Shown piece by piece: positions 8,475-18,048 of a stretch of 35,242 nucleotides of DNA. The stretch comes from Burkholderiales bacterium (GTDB lineage: Bacteria > Pseudomonadota > Gammaproteobacteria > Burkholderiales > SG8-41), in assembly GCA_019746155.1 (NCBI GenBank), contig JAIESJ010000049.1:1-35242 (forward strand), in the 5' to 3' direction. Made by a program: the position numbers and the translations under genes. The notes below the pieces were generated by a model. That model was not told the origin of the DNA. It did no database searches and saw nothing but the letters and a program-made list of their open reading frames with translations. The first letter of the stretch is position 1. Every line of letters begins with the position of its first letter.

Positions 8475-10183
8475 TGACGACCGCACGTTCCGGGTTCACT
8501 TTGGTGCAAGCCGCGCTGGCTCTTCTGATCGCGGCCTTTCTGCTCGCTTTCCTGGTCGTGCCGGTGATCATGGTGATCTACGTCGCTTTCGCCAATCCCG
8601 ACGGCGAATTGACGTTGTCGCATTTTGCCTCGTTTTTTCAGATCTCGCTGATGCGGGAATCGTTCTGGAACAGCCTGATCGTGGCGACCCTGTCGGTGGT
8701 ATTCGCTTCGCTGATCGCGCTGCCGCTCGCCTATTTCACGGCGCGCTTCGAATTCCGCGGCGCGCTGCTGATCCAGACGCTGGGCATACTGCCGCTGATC
8801 ATGCCGCCGTTCGTCGGCGCGGTCGCGATGCAGCTCATTTTCGGGCGCAGCGGCTCGCTCAACCTGCTGCTGGGGGACTGGTTCGACATCAACCTGCCGA
8901 TCATGCAAGGCTTGAACGGCGTGATCTTCGTCGAAGCGCTGCACTACTTCCCGTTCATCCTCATGAACCTCACGGTCGCGCTCAACAATATCGACAGCTC
9001 GATGGAGGAGTCGGCGCAGAATCTCGGCGCCAGCGGCATGCGGCTGTTCCGTCGCATCGTATTCCCGCTGGCGATGCCGGGCTATGTCGCCGGCGCGGCG
9101 CTGGTGTTCATCAAGGTCTTCGACGATCTCGGCACGCCGCTCGTGCTCAACGTCACCAACATGCTGGCGCCGCAGGCGTATTTGCGCATCACCTCGGTCG
9201 GCATCGAAGACCCGATCGGCTACGTGATCAGCGTACTGATGATCGGGTTTTCGCTGCTCGCGCTGTGGGCATCCGCGCTGGTGCTGAAAGGCCGCGACTA
9301 CGCGACCCTGCAGCGCGGCTATTCCGGTCTCGCCAGGCGCCGGCTCAAGCCCTGGCAGTCGGTGATCGCCTATGGCTGGATCATCCTGGTGCTGCTGCTC
9401 GTGCTCTCGCCGCACCTCGGCATCCTGCTGTTGTCTTTCGGCAAGGTATGGAGCTTCAGCGTGCTTCCCGACAGCTTCACCCTGGAACACTACATGACCG
9501 TGGCACAGGACTCCCCGCGCATGGTCTGGAACACCATGCTCTACTGCGGGCTGGCCGCAACGCTCGATGTCATTCTTGGCACTGCGATTGCCTACCTGAT
9601 CCTGCGCACGCGGCTGCCGCTGCGGCAGTCACTGGATTTCATGGCCAGCGCCGCGCTCGCAATTCCCGGTGTCGTGCTCGCCATCGGCTATCTGCGCACC
9701 TTCAAGGGGGTGCAGCTGCCCTTCATGGACGAGATGCTGACTTCGTCATGGATACTCATCATGCTCGCCTACACGGTGCGGCGCCTGCCGTACGCGCTCC
9801 GCTCCTGTGTCGCCGCGCTGCAGCAGATGCATGTCTCTCTGGAAGAGGCGGCTGAAAATCTCGGCGCCAGCAAGCGTCGCACCATTTATCGCATCGTCGT
9901 ACCGTTGATGGCGGGCGGCATCCTCGCCGGCTTCGTCACCAGCTTCATGACCGCTGCGGTCGAGCTGTCGGCGACCATCATGCTGACCACATCGCAGACC
10001 GACGCACCGATGTCATACGGAATTTATCTTTACATGCAAAGCGCCGCGGGACGCGGTCCGGGCGCGGCGCTGGGCGTGCTCGCTGTCGTCATCGTCGCGC
10101 TCGGCACCTATTTCTCCCATCGCCTGATCCGCAGCCGCGCCGCGGGCCAGCAAGCCCGGCCGCTGCAGAAAATCGAGGTATAG
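8471..10183 (+). CDS. ABC transporter permease, FbpB-type duplicated TMD
   Basis: Two EAA motifs (MEESAQNLGAS, LEEAAENLGAS); ATGA overlap with the upstream gene. Confidence 0.92.
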   Translation: MMTTARSGFTLVQAALALLIAAFLLAFLVVPVIMVIYVAFANPDGELTLSHFASFFQISLMRESFWNSLIVATLSVVFASLIALPLAYFTARFEFRGALLIQTLGILPLIMPPFVGAVAMQLIFGRSGSLNLLLGDWFDINLPIMQGLNGVIFVEALHYFPFILMNLTVALNNIDSSMEESAQNLGASGMRLFRRIVFPLAMPGYVAGAALVFIKVFDDLGTPLVLNVTNMLAPQAYLRITSVGIEDPIGYVISVLMIGFSLLALWASALVLKGRDYATLQRGYSGLARRRLKPWQSVIAYGWIILVLLLVLSPHLGILLLSFGKVWSFSVLPDSFTLEHYMTVAQDSPRMVWNTMLYCGLAATLDVILGTAIAYLILRTRLPLRQSLDFMASAALAIPGVVLAIGYLRTFKGVQLPFMDEMLTSSWILIMLAYTVRRLPYALRSCVAALQQMHVSLEEAAENLGASKRRTIYRIVVPLMAGGILAGFVTSFMTAAVELSATIMLTTSQTDAPMSYGIYLYMQSAAGRGPGAALGVLAVVIVALGTYFSHRLIRSRAAGQQARPLQKIEV

Positions 10184-10185
10184 CC

Positions 10186-11271
10186 ATGGACGCCATGCAA
10201 AAGGTGAAGGTCGAAATCAGGAACGTGTCGCTCGCCTACGGCGCCACGCCCGTGCTGCGCGACATCAGCGTATCCATAGCGCCCGGCGAATTCTTCGCGC
10301 TGCTCGGCCCCTCGGGCTCCGGGAAATCGACGCTGTTGCGGCTGATCGCCGGATTCAACCAGGCGCAGTCAGGAACCATCATCATCGGCGGCGAAGACAT
10401 CACGCGCGTGCCGCCGTGGCAGCGCAATATCGGCATGGTGTTCCAGAACTATGCGCTGTGGCCGCACATGACGGTGAACGGCAACGTTGCCTTCGGATTG
10501 GTGGAGCGCAGGCTGCCGCGCGAAGTCATCCGCGAAAAAGTCGCCGCCGCGCTGGAACTGGTGGGGCTCAGGGATTACGGCGAACGCCGTCCCGGCCAGC
10601 TCTCCGGCGGCCAGCAGCAGCGGGTGGCGCTGGCGCGCACCATCGCCATCGAGCCCAAGGTGCTGCTGCTCGACGAGCCGCTGTCCAACCTCGACGCCAA
10701 GCTGCGTGTTCACATGCGCACCGAGCTGCTGGCGCTGCAAAGAAAGCTCGGCATCACCACGATATTCGTGACCCACGACCAGGAAGAGGCGCTGTCGATC
10801 TCCGACCGCGTCGCGGTGCTCGACGGCGGCGTGATCCAGCAGATCGGCACACCGATGGAACTCTACGACCACCCGGCGAACCGCTTTATCGCTAATTTCG
10901 TCGGCACCATCAACCTGCTGAAGGGCAAAGTCGGGCCGGCGGGCACGGGCGTGGCGTTCGATTCGCATGCGCTGGGCCGCATCACGCTGCCGCAAACGAA
11001 AGCGGCTGCCGGCGACGCCGAGATCGCGATCCGGCCGCATGCGCTGACGCTGCTGGCGTCCGGCGACAATACTGATGCAGGCCAGGTCTGGGTGGAAGGG
11101 ACCGTCGCCGAACGCGAATTTCTGGGTGAATTCGTGCGCTACACGGTGAGGGTCGGCGACACCGACCTCATCGCCGACCAGCCTCATTACAGTGGCCACC
11201 CGATCCACGTGCCCGGCAACCGCGTCAAAGTCGGCATCAATCCGGCGCAAGTCAGGCTGCTCACGGCGTAG
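10186..11271 (+). CDS. ABC transporter ATP-binding protein (PotA/FbpC-like)
   Basis: [42 protein letters not shown]-terminal TOBE-like region. Confidence 0.95.
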   Translation: MDAMQKVKVEIRNVSLAYGATPVLRDISVSIAPGEFFALLGPSGSGKSTLLRLIAGFNQAQSGTIIIGGEDITRVPPWQRNIGMVFQNYALWPHMTVNGNVAFGLVERRLPREVIREKVAAALELVGLRDYGERRPGQLSGGQQQRVALARTIAIEPKVLLLDEPLSNLDAKLRVHMRTELLALQRKLGITTIFVTHDQEEALSISDRVAVLDGGVIQQIGTPMELYDHPANRFIANFVGTINLLKGKVGPAGTGVAFDSHALGRITLPQTKAAAGDAEIAIRPHALTLLASGDNTDAGQVWVEGTVAEREFLGEFVRYTVRVGDTDLIADQPHYSGHPIHVPGNRVKVGINPAQVRLLTA

Positions 11272-11315
11272 TCACACCGTGTCAGTCGACCCCCGCGCCT
11301 GTCCAGCCACACGAA

Positions 11316-11347
11316 GGGTCATCACACACGGGTGTTGACCCCGTGTG
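11316..11347. repeat. REP-like palindrome downstream of the ABC operon
   Basis: CACACGGG-tgttgac-CCCGTGTG; alternative pairing GGGTCA/TGACCC. Confidence 0.5.
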
Positions 11348-11383
11348 CATGGCCCCTGTGCGCGTGACATGGCCGGATCGAAC

Positions 11384-11437
11384 ATGAAAATCAATCCGCA
11401 GGACCTCCAAAAAATCGCCGATCTTACGCTGGCGCAC
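11384..11437 (+). pseudogene. 5' remnant of a cytoplasmic class I SAM methyltransferase
   Basis: MKINPQDLQKIADLTLAH resembles the N-terminus I recall for a proteobacterial methyltransferase family (..DLEKIADLTLEHYNQRA..); similarity stops after 18 codons. Confidence 0.45.
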
Positions 11438-11472
11438 CCGGCCGGCTCGTCAGAAATATTACTTATAAATCA

Positions 11473-12828
11473 TCATGTTATGCGTTTTCTGGCGAGCAGC
11501 GCCAGCGGCACGCCGAGCAGTAGCACGCCGATCCCGAGCTGCGCGCCGACGCTGCCCGGGTCTTTCGACATCGCATAGTTTGCGCTGGACCAGAGCATGA
11601 ACGCGCACATCGCGATGAACAGCATCGGCGTGAGCGGATACAGCGGCACGCGGAACGGGTTCCCGGAGAGCGGCTGCTGGCGCCGCAGCACGAACAGCGA
11701 CACGCCGGTCAGCATGAAGAACAGCCAGAAGGCCGGTGCGGTGTAGGCGACCATGGTCTCGAAGCCGTCCGGCGTGAACGAAGCGAGCAGCACCAGCATC
11801 AACGCCACCGCGCCCTGCAGCAGCAGCGCGTTGACCGGCGCGTTAGATTGCTCCTTCCATATGCCGAGCGCGCGGAACACCGGGAAATCGCGCCCCACCG
11901 CGTAATTGGTGCGGGCGCCGGTGAACACCGTGGCGTTGAGCGTGGACAGCGCGGCGGCAATCACGATCAGGCTCAGCACGATCGCTCCGGCATCGCCGAG
12001 CGTGGCTTTCATCAGATCGGCGGCGACGGCTTTCGACGCTTTCATGCCGTCGAGGCCCAGGACATTGAGATAGGCCAGGTTGAGCAGCACGTAGAGCACC
12101 GTGACGATGAGAATGCCCAGCACCAGGGCGCGCACGATATTGCGCCGCGCATCGCGGATTTCCGACGTGAGATAGGCCGCCTCGTTCCATCCGCCGTAAG
12201 TCAGCAGAATGAAGATCAGCGCGAGCTGCGAAAACATCGGCCCGGACGACGGCGCCGGCGCCGGCGCCGCCGGCGCGGCGCTGCCGCTCAAGCCCGCGAC
12301 GATCACGGATATCACCGCACAGGCCAGCGCGGTGGTCAGGATGGTCTGCAGCAGTTTGCTCTCGCGCGTGCCGGCGATATTGAGCACGGTGATGCCGGCG
12401 ACAGCCAGCATCGCGTAAATCACCGGACTCCTGGGTCCCAGGGCGACAAGCTGGGTCGCATAGTCGCCGAACACGAAAGCGATCGCGGCAATCGCGCCGG
12501 TTTGCACCACGCTCATGCGCGCCCAGGCAAACAGAAACGCAACCCCGCCACCGAAAGCGCGATTCAGAAAATAGTATTCACCGCCGGTATTCGGAAAAGC
12601 ACTGCCGAGTTCTGCGTAACACAGCGCGCCGACCAGCGAAATGACGCCGCCCGCGACCCACAGCGCGATGAACACCTGCTCGCTCGAGACGCTGCCGGCG
12701 ACGATCGAGGGCGCCTTGAAAATGCCAGCGCCGATCACGATGCCGACGATCATCGCCACCGCATCGAGCATGGTCAGCGTCGGCCGCGGTTGCACCGCGG
12801 CCGCGGCACGAGGTTCGCCGCTCACCAC
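11473..12828 (-). CDS. APC-family (LAT-like) amino acid/polyamine permease
   Basis: GIVIGAGIF, ALCYAELGSAFPNTGGEY, YGGWNEAAY, PFRVPLYP; ~12 TM; start overlaps the methyltransferase stop. Confidence 0.92.
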   Translation of the reverse strand: MVSGEPRAAAAVQPRPTLTMLDAVAMIVGIVIGAGIFKAPSIVAGSVSSEQVFIALWVAGGVISLVGALCYAELGSAFPNTGGEYYFLNRAFGGGVAFLFAWARMSVVQTGAIAAIAFVFGDYATQLVALGPRSPVIYAMLAVAGITVLNIAGTRESKLLQTILTTALACAVISVIVAGLSGSAAPAAPAPAPSSGPMFSQLALIFILLTYGGWNEAAYLTSEIRDARRNIVRALVLGILIVTVLYVLLNLAYLNVLGLDGMKASKAVAADLMKATLGDAGAIVLSLIVIAAALSTLNATVFTGARTNYAVGRDFPVFRALGIWKEQSNAPVNALLLQGAVALMLVLLASFTPDGFETMVAYTAPAFWLFFMLTGVSLFVLRRQQPLSGNPFRVPLYPLTPMLFIAMCAFMLWSSANYAMSKDPGSVGAQLGIGVLLLGVPLALLARKRIT

Positions 12829-13730
12829 GGCACGCTTCCATCCGTCTCCAGCGCGCTCATGCGCAGTTCACCGCGCGCCTTCAGTTGCGCCTTCCACGGC
12901 AGCGGTTTCTGCCCGCCTATCGTCACCGTGCCCTCGATGACATCATCCCTGACGCGCCCCTGGAAGCGGTGTTTAGCGAGCCCTGCGCCCTGCGGCAGCT
13001 CCGCCTCAAAGCTCACCTGATCGCCGCGCACCTGGAACAGGGGCAGGCGCGCCGGCTTGCCGTCGACCCGCGCGTCCCCGCCCACTTTCTGGAAGCTCTG
13101 ATCGAATTCAAACTCGTAGATCACGCCGCGCCCGCCAGTGTAAATCAGCGATTCCCATTTGCCGGCGATTTTTGCCGGCACGATATAGAAAAAGATGTAG
13201 CTCTTGCCGGGGTCGCCGACCTGTTTTTCCGGCACATCGAGCGTCTTCTGCTCGTCCGGATGCCATTCCCCCATGTCGTAATCGTGGGTCACCACGCGCG
13301 TGCCCGGCTTAAGTGCCAGCAGCTTGGGCCGCAGCTTCTCGTTCATCTCGGGCAGCAGGTAACTCGTAATCACGGTCGCGTGCGAAAGATCGGCCTCGAA
13401 CAGATTTTGCTCGACGAACTGCGCCCGTTCGGCGACCCCCTCCCGGCGCGCGCTTTCACGCGCTTTCTTCAGAAGGTAGGCGTCCAGGTCAACGCCGAAG
13501 CCGCGCGCGCCGAATTTTTTGGCCGCAGTGATCACGATGCGGCCGTCGCCGGAACCCAGATCGATGATGAAATCGGAGGGACCGACTTTCGCCATCTCCA
13601 GCATCTCCTCGACCACGACCTGCGGCGTCGGCACATAGACGACGTCGCCCTTGCCGTCCTGGGCCGTCGCGGACAATGCGGTCAGCGACAGCAGCAGCGT
13701 GCAAAACCGCCAACGTTTGATGAAACTCAT
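12822..13730 (-). CDS. Signal-peptide class I SAM methyltransferase (FAM173/aKMT-like), copy 1
   Basis: MSFIKRWRFCTLLLSLTALSATA-QD signal; YVPTP, IDLGSGDGRIVI, YLLPEMN, GTRVVTHDY; beta-rich C-terminal extension; AAGGAG RBS. Confidence 0.88.
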   Translation of the reverse strand: MSFIKRWRFCTLLLSLTALSATAQDGKGDVVYVPTPQVVVEEMLEMAKVGPSDFIIDLGSGDGRIVITAAKKFGARGFGVDLDAYLLKKARESARREGVAERAQFVEQNLFEADLSHATVITSYLLPEMNEKLRPKLLALKPGTRVVTHDYDMGEWHPDEQKTLDVPEKQVGDPGKSYIFFYIVPAKIAGKWESLIYTGGRGVIYEFEFDQSFQKVGGDARVDGKPARLPLFQVRGDQVSFEAELPQGAGLAKHRFQGRVRDDVIEGTVTIGGQKPLPWKAQLKARGELRMSALETDGSVPW

Positions 13731-13820
13731 CACCGCTCCTTCGTTTTCAGAAATATTACATGGCCCGTTGGCGGAGGAAAAACGCCGCCGCACCGATGAA
13801 CCCGGGTCGCCTCATCGCCG

Positions 13821-14774
13821 CTAGTTCGGCATCTGCGGCAGTTGCGGCGGCTTGAGCGAGGCGTGCGCCGGCTCCCAGAGCTCGGTACGCGTTGCGTTCC
13901 ATGCGAGCTGCCGCCCTGCCTGGTCGCGCATGATTTGCGCCTGCCCCTCGATCGCGTTATTGACGATGCGGCCGGAGAACTGGTAGCGCAGGGACGCGCC
14001 ATTGTCATTCACGACGACCGAGAAACCGATTTGAGTGCCGGCAAGCTTCGCATCCTCTATCGCGACTTTGCGGCCATCGACCTCCACCGTGCCTTCGATG
14101 TTCTGGAAATTCTGGTGGAGCGCCAGCTCGAAATTCAGCGGCTTGCCTTCCACCGGGAGCTGCCAGCGCCACTTTCCGGAGACCGTCGCCGGCATGATCC
14201 AGTAAAACACCTTGCTCCTGTGGTCGCGCCCCACCGGTTTATCGGGAGCATCGAGGATGAGCGACAGGTCCGGCGTCCATTCCCCCATGTCGTAATCATG
14301 GGAGACGATGCGCGTGCCGGGCTTGAGCATGGCGAGCAGTCTGGGGCGCACCATCAGATTGACTTCCGGCAGCAGGTAAATGGTGAGCACGGTGGCCCGG
14401 CTCACATCGGTTTCATAGAGGTCGCGCGCATAGAACTTGGCGCGGTCGGCCACACCGGCCCTGGCTGCGAGCCTGTTGCCCATCGCCACCAGCCGCTTGT
14501 CGAGATCGACGCCGAAGCCGCGCGCGCCGTATTTTTTCGCCGCGGTGATGACCATGCGCCCGTCGCCCGAGCCGAGATCGATCACATAGTCCTTCGGCCC
14601 GACCTGGGCGACTTCCAGCATCTTGTCGACGACGTTCTGCGGCGTCGGCACATAGGGCGTATCGCCGTAATCCTGGGTGAAAGCCGGCGCCGAAACGAAG
14701 CCGGTAACCAAAAACACGCCGCAAAACTTCGCGGCGATATGACTTGTCTTGCGTGCTGCCGTGCCAAATATCAT
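13821..14774 (-). CDS. Signal-peptide class I SAM methyltransferase, copy 2
   Basis: Likely ATG 14774 after AAAGG; hydrophobic stretch FCGVFLVTGFVSAPA; PYVPTP, IDLGSGDGRMVI, YLLPEVN, GTRIVSHDY. Confidence 0.85.
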   Translation of the reverse strand: MIFGTAARKTSHIAAKFCGVFLVTGFVSAPAFTQDYGDTPYVPTPQNVVDKMLEVAQVGPKDYVIDLGSGDGRMVITAAKKYGARGFGVDLDKRLVAMGNRLAARAGVADRAKFYARDLYETDVSRATVLTIYLLPEVNLMVRPRLLAMLKPGTRIVSHDYDMGEWTPDLSLILDAPDKPVGRDHRSKVFYWIMPATVSGKWRWQLPVEGKPLNFELALHQNFQNIEGTVEVDGRKVAIEDAKLAGTQIGFSVVVNDNGASLRYQFSGRIVNNAIEGQAQIMRDQAGRQLAWNATRTELWEPAHASLKPPQLPQMPN

Positions 14775-14799
14775 TGCTAAAGCCTTTCGGTTCTGAACT

Positions 14800-15134
14800 T
14801 GATTCCATCCGCCGGCAATGCGCTTCGCGTTCCAGTCGAGCCTGCCCCGGATGCGCTTGCCGGAAAGCGCGGCACTGCCGGCAATGGCGTCGCCTTCGAT
14901 CCTGCCGTCGAGCTCGTACCTGGCCGGATCGCCATTCACTTCGGCGGTGAAGTTGAAACTGATCTGGTCGCCGCGCAGCCTGGGATTCTGCAAGCTCACG
15001 CTGCGGATGCCGGGCTTGAGCTCGAGCAGCCTGGAGCGCAGCTCCAGGTTGACGCGCGGCAGCAGATACATGGTGATCACAGTCGCCTGGGAAAAATCGG
15101 TGTCGAACAGATCGCACTTCCCGAACCCCGCGAT
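14800..15134 (-). pseudogene. Degraded fourth methyltransferase paralog, open in frame with copy 2
   Basis: GFG/KC/DLFDTDFSQATVITMYLLPRVNLELRSRLLELKPG/IRSVSLQNPRLRGDQISF...WNAKR: lacks the N-terminus, motif I and the TRIVSHD...WIVPA block. Confidence 0.75.
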
Positions 15135-15322
15135 ATGAAGTTCGCAGCACGGCCAACCCTCCTTCGTCTGACAGGACCCAGCAACAATGCGGAAGCGCTA
15201 CGCTGATTTTACGGCCTGCACGGCAACCTCGCCCGCTTTGTCCAAAAGCACGACTCGCCCCGGTCGTTCAACTCTGGTAGATTGCGCGTTTACCAGAGGC
15301 GGAAATTATACCCGATAGCCTC

Positions 15323-15560
15323 GCAGCCTGTCGGACTTCGATCCGTTTGAGGCATTGCGCAGCGACACCGGACGGGTTCCTGATGAAAGCCGCGGCGACA
15401 GGCTGCCAATCAAAGGCTCAATCGAACCGCAGCCGGGAAAAGGCATAGGGTATCGCGGTCAACAGGAATGAACTTCGTCATGGATGCACTACCTCGGAAC
15501 CTGTTCTTCGTGCCTTTCATATCAGGAGCCTGCCGGGATGAGAGCCCGACAGACTCCTAG
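15323..15560. mobile_element. MITE-like non-autonomous element with imperfect terminal inverted repeats
   Basis: Left GCAGCCTGTCGGACTT versus reverse complement of the right end CTAGGAGTCTGTCGGGCTCT; ends in CTAG; internal arms 15368-15402 and 15500-15536 are also complementary; no transposase. Confidence 0.6.
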
Positions 15561-15565
15561 TTCTT

Positions 15566-17179
15566 ATGCCACTGCTCTACGCGATCGTTTTCATCTCCGG
15601 CGGCGCGATCCTGGCGCTCGAACTGCTGGCCTCGCGCATCATGACGCCCTACTTCGGCGTCAGCCTGTACATCTGGACCGGCATCCTGTCGATCACGCTG
15701 GTTTCGCTCGCGCTCGGCTACTGGGCGGGCGGCCGCTACGCCAACGGCCGTGACAGCAAGCCGCTGCCGGTCGCCCGGCTGGTACAGGGTTACGCGCTGA
15801 TGCCGGCCGTGGCCGCGCTTGCCATCGTCGCGGCCTGCCTCGTCTACCCCCATCTTTTTTCACCGCTCTCGATGTGGAGCCTGGTGTTCGGCGCTTTCGC
15901 GGCCTGCCTGATCCTGCTGTTCCTGCCGCTGGTCGCGACTTCCGCGATGAATCCGCTGCTGGTGGCCATTTTCCTGCAAAGCACCGGCAGGCAGGCAGGC
16001 GATGCCGGTGCCGGCAAGGTGTTTTTCGTGAGCACCATCGGCTCGGTCGCGGGCGTGCTCGTCACCGCATTCGGGCTGATCCCCTATACCAGCAACTTCG
16101 CCGCAACGCTGGTCGTCGCACTGACGCTGGCGCTGCTCTCGCTGGTGACCGCGGCTGTACCACCCGCACCGCTCGCTGCGCGCAAAACCATCGCTGCCAC
16201 TGCGATGACTGGCGCACTGGCTTCGGGACTGCTGCTATGGCAGGCCGACGCCTACACCGGGCGCATGGGACCGGTGAGTTATGGTGACAGCAGCTGGCGC
16301 GTCGAGGCCGCCCACGGCTCGCTGTTCGGTACGGTGAAAATCCTCAAAAGCGAGCCCGAGCGCGACTCGGGCCGTTTCCGGCGCATCTACTTTCACGACG
16401 GCCTGATCCAGAACACCGTCGATTCGAACGGCAGATCGATGTCGTTCTATACCTATGCGCTGGAAGCGCTCGCCTATGCCTACCGCCCGGAAATGCGCAC
16501 CGCGCTGGTGCTGGGAATGGGTGCCGGCATAGTGCCGATGCAGCTTACAGCGCGCGGCGTGCAAGTCGAGGCAGTGGAAATCGACCCGATCTCGCTGCGC
16601 GTCGCGCAGCGCTTCTTCGGCTTCGACCCCGCCAGGGTCCGCGTCCACCAGGCCGATGCACGCGCCTTCCTGCACCACTGTCCGCAGCGTTTTGACGTCG
16701 TGGTGCTGGATCTGTTTCACGGCGACGGCACGCCGGATTACCTGGTCACGCGGGAATTCTTTCGCGACCTGAAGCAGTGTCTCTCGAAGCGCGGCGTGGC
16801 GGTGTTCAACACTTTCGCCGATCTCGAGCGCCCGGTCAGTTACGCGCACTTTCTTGCAACCCTGCAATCCGAACTGCCGCATATCATGCTCTACCGCCCC
16901 GACTGGCCGGGGGCGACACACATCAACAGCTTCGTCGTCGCCGGTGCGGAACAACCTGCCGCGCCCGTCAAAGTCACGCTCGACTATGTGCCCGAGCGCC
17001 ACAGCGAAGCGCTATGGGCCATGCTCGCCCGCCCGATCCCGCTCAACGCATCCCTGCTGGCAGGCGGCGTGGTCGTCACCGATGCGCGCAACGCCGCCGC
17101 ACTCGACACCGCCCTGACCCAAGTCATCTACCGCCGTGCGGTAGTCGAGGCGCTTCCCAAGGAATTGCTTTTAAATTAA
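15566..17179 (+). CDS. Membrane-fused spermidine-synthase-like SAM-binding protein (7 TM plus Rossmann domain)
   Basis: SGGAILALELLASR..PYFGVSLYIW..LGYWAGG TM block, STIGSVAG; C-terminal LVLGMGAG, VEID, DARAFL, FDVVVLDLF. Confidence 0.85.
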   Translation: MPLLYAIVFISGGAILALELLASRIMTPYFGVSLYIWTGILSITLVSLALGYWAGGRYANGRDSKPLPVARLVQGYALMPAVAALAIVAACLVYPHLFSPLSMWSLVFGAFAACLILLFLPLVATSAMNPLLVAIFLQSTGRQAGDAGAGKVFFVSTIGSVAGVLVTAFGLIPYTSNFAATLVVALTLALLSLVTAAVPPAPLAARKTIAATAMTGALASGLLLWQADAYTGRMGPVSYGDSSWRVEAAHGSLFGTVKILKSEPERDSGRFRRIYFHDGLIQNTVDSNGRSMSFYTYALEALAYAYRPEMRTALVLGMGAGIVPMQLTARGVQVEAVEIDPISLRVAQRFFGFDPARVRVHQADARAFLHHCPQRFDVVVLDLFHGDGTPDYLVTREFFRDLKQCLSKRGVAVFNTFADLERPVSYAHFLATLQSELPHIMLYRPDWPGATHINSFVVAGAEQPAAPVKVTLDYVPERHSEALWAMLARPIPLNASLLAGGVVVTDARNAAALDTALTQVIYRRAVVEALPKELLLN

Positions 17180-17195
17180 AAAGTTCGACTGCATG

Positions 17196-17243
17196 TTGAC
17201 AAAACCAGCACTTCATCCCATGATGTAGATACGTGTAGATACA
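17196..17243 (+). promoter_or_regulatory. vapBC promoter with tandem antitoxin operator
   Basis: TTGACA-N17-CATGAT, immediately followed by TGTAGATAC-G-TGTAGATACA (two near-palindromes). Confidence 0.75.
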
Positions 17244-17254
17244 AGGGATGATCA

Positions 17255-17524
17255 ATGGCGACCAAGGGCTTGCGGATGGAACTGGTGGTGTCGAAGTGGG
17301 GCAACAGCCTCGCCGTGCGCTTGCCGGCGGAATCGGTCAAGAGAATCGGCGTGGGCGAGGGCGATACGCTCATTGCGGAGATCTCGGCCGACGGGCGGCT
17401 GGTCCTCGCCCCGGAAGGCCGCGCCATCGGCAAGGCCGAGTCACGCCGCCTGCGTCAATTTCTTGACCGCCAGAAGGAAACGGCGCCGGTGGTCGGGGAC
17501 ATGCGCCGCGGCGCGCGCTACTGA
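17255..17524 (+). CDS. vapB: AbrB/MazE-type antitoxin (VapB)
   Basis: VSKWGNSLAVRLP..IGVGEGD motif; TGATG overlap with the toxin. Confidence 0.9.
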   Translation: MATKGLRMELVVSKWGNSLAVRLPAESVKRIGVGEGDTLIAEISADGRLVLAPEGRAIGKAESRRLRQFLDRQKETAPVVGDMRRGARY

Positions 17525-17946
17525 TGATTTACGTCGATACGAGCGCCCTGGTTCCGGTCTTCATCCGGGAGCCGAAAAGCGAGGCCGTCATAGGCTGGCT
17601 CGAGGCCTCGGGCGAGCGTCTGGCGATCAGCGAATGGTCCCTGGTCGAGTTCGCTTCGGCCGCCGCGATCAAGGTGCGCACCGGCCAGGCGGCAGCGAGC
17701 CTGGCGAAACAGGCCACGGCGCGGGTCCACGAATTCGCGCGGAAGCATTGCACGGTGGCCGTTCCCGGAGGGGAGGAATTCCGCCGCGCCGCCGAGCTGG
17801 CGGGTGACGGCACGTTGAAGCTGAGGGCGGGCGACGCGCTTCACCTTGCCATCGCCGCGAGCCTGAGCGCACGAGGCATACTCTGCCTCGACGAGGCGAT
17901 GATTGAGAGCGCCAAGTCGCTCGGGATGAGCATTGTAACGGTTTAA
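17524..17946 (+). CDS. vapC: PIN-domain toxin VapC
   Basis: IYVDTSALV, ISEWSLVEF, LRAGDALHLAIA, CLD. Confidence 0.92.
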   Translation: MIYVDTSALVPVFIREPKSEAVIGWLEASGERLAISEWSLVEFASAAAIKVRTGQAAASLAKQATARVHEFARKHCTVAVPGGEEFRRAAELAGDGTLKLRAGDALHLAIAASLSARGILCLDEAMIESAKSLGMSIVTV

Positions 17947-17975
17947 CCGTCGATTCTCGTAACCCCCGGACTACA

Positions 17976-18048
17976 CGGGTCGGACCACGCTAAGCTTCCG
18001 TAACTTCGGCACTTTCGTTCGGGGGATATCTGGCGTTGGTCCGACCCG
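17976..18048. repeat. REP/REPIN-like inverted repeat
   Basis: CGGGTCGGACCA (17976-17987) pairs perfectly with TGGTCCGACCCG (18037-18048), extendable via CGCTA/TGGCG. Confidence 0.65.

Noticed and set aside
13821-15080. 419-aa ORF as a single two-domain methyltransferase
   Set aside because: The first ~95 codons are a deleted paralog relic; an RBS, ATG and signal-like segment occur at 14774.
15380-15402. CTGATGA...GACA resembling a hammerhead ribozyme core
   Set aside because: GAAA is replaced by GACA, stem II would have a 2-nt loop, and the segment is better explained by the long-range arm pairing.
17950-17970. TCGATTCTCGTAACCCC as a tRNA 3'-end att site
   Set aside because: Too degenerate: no GTTC and no CCA end, and no partner repeat in the window.
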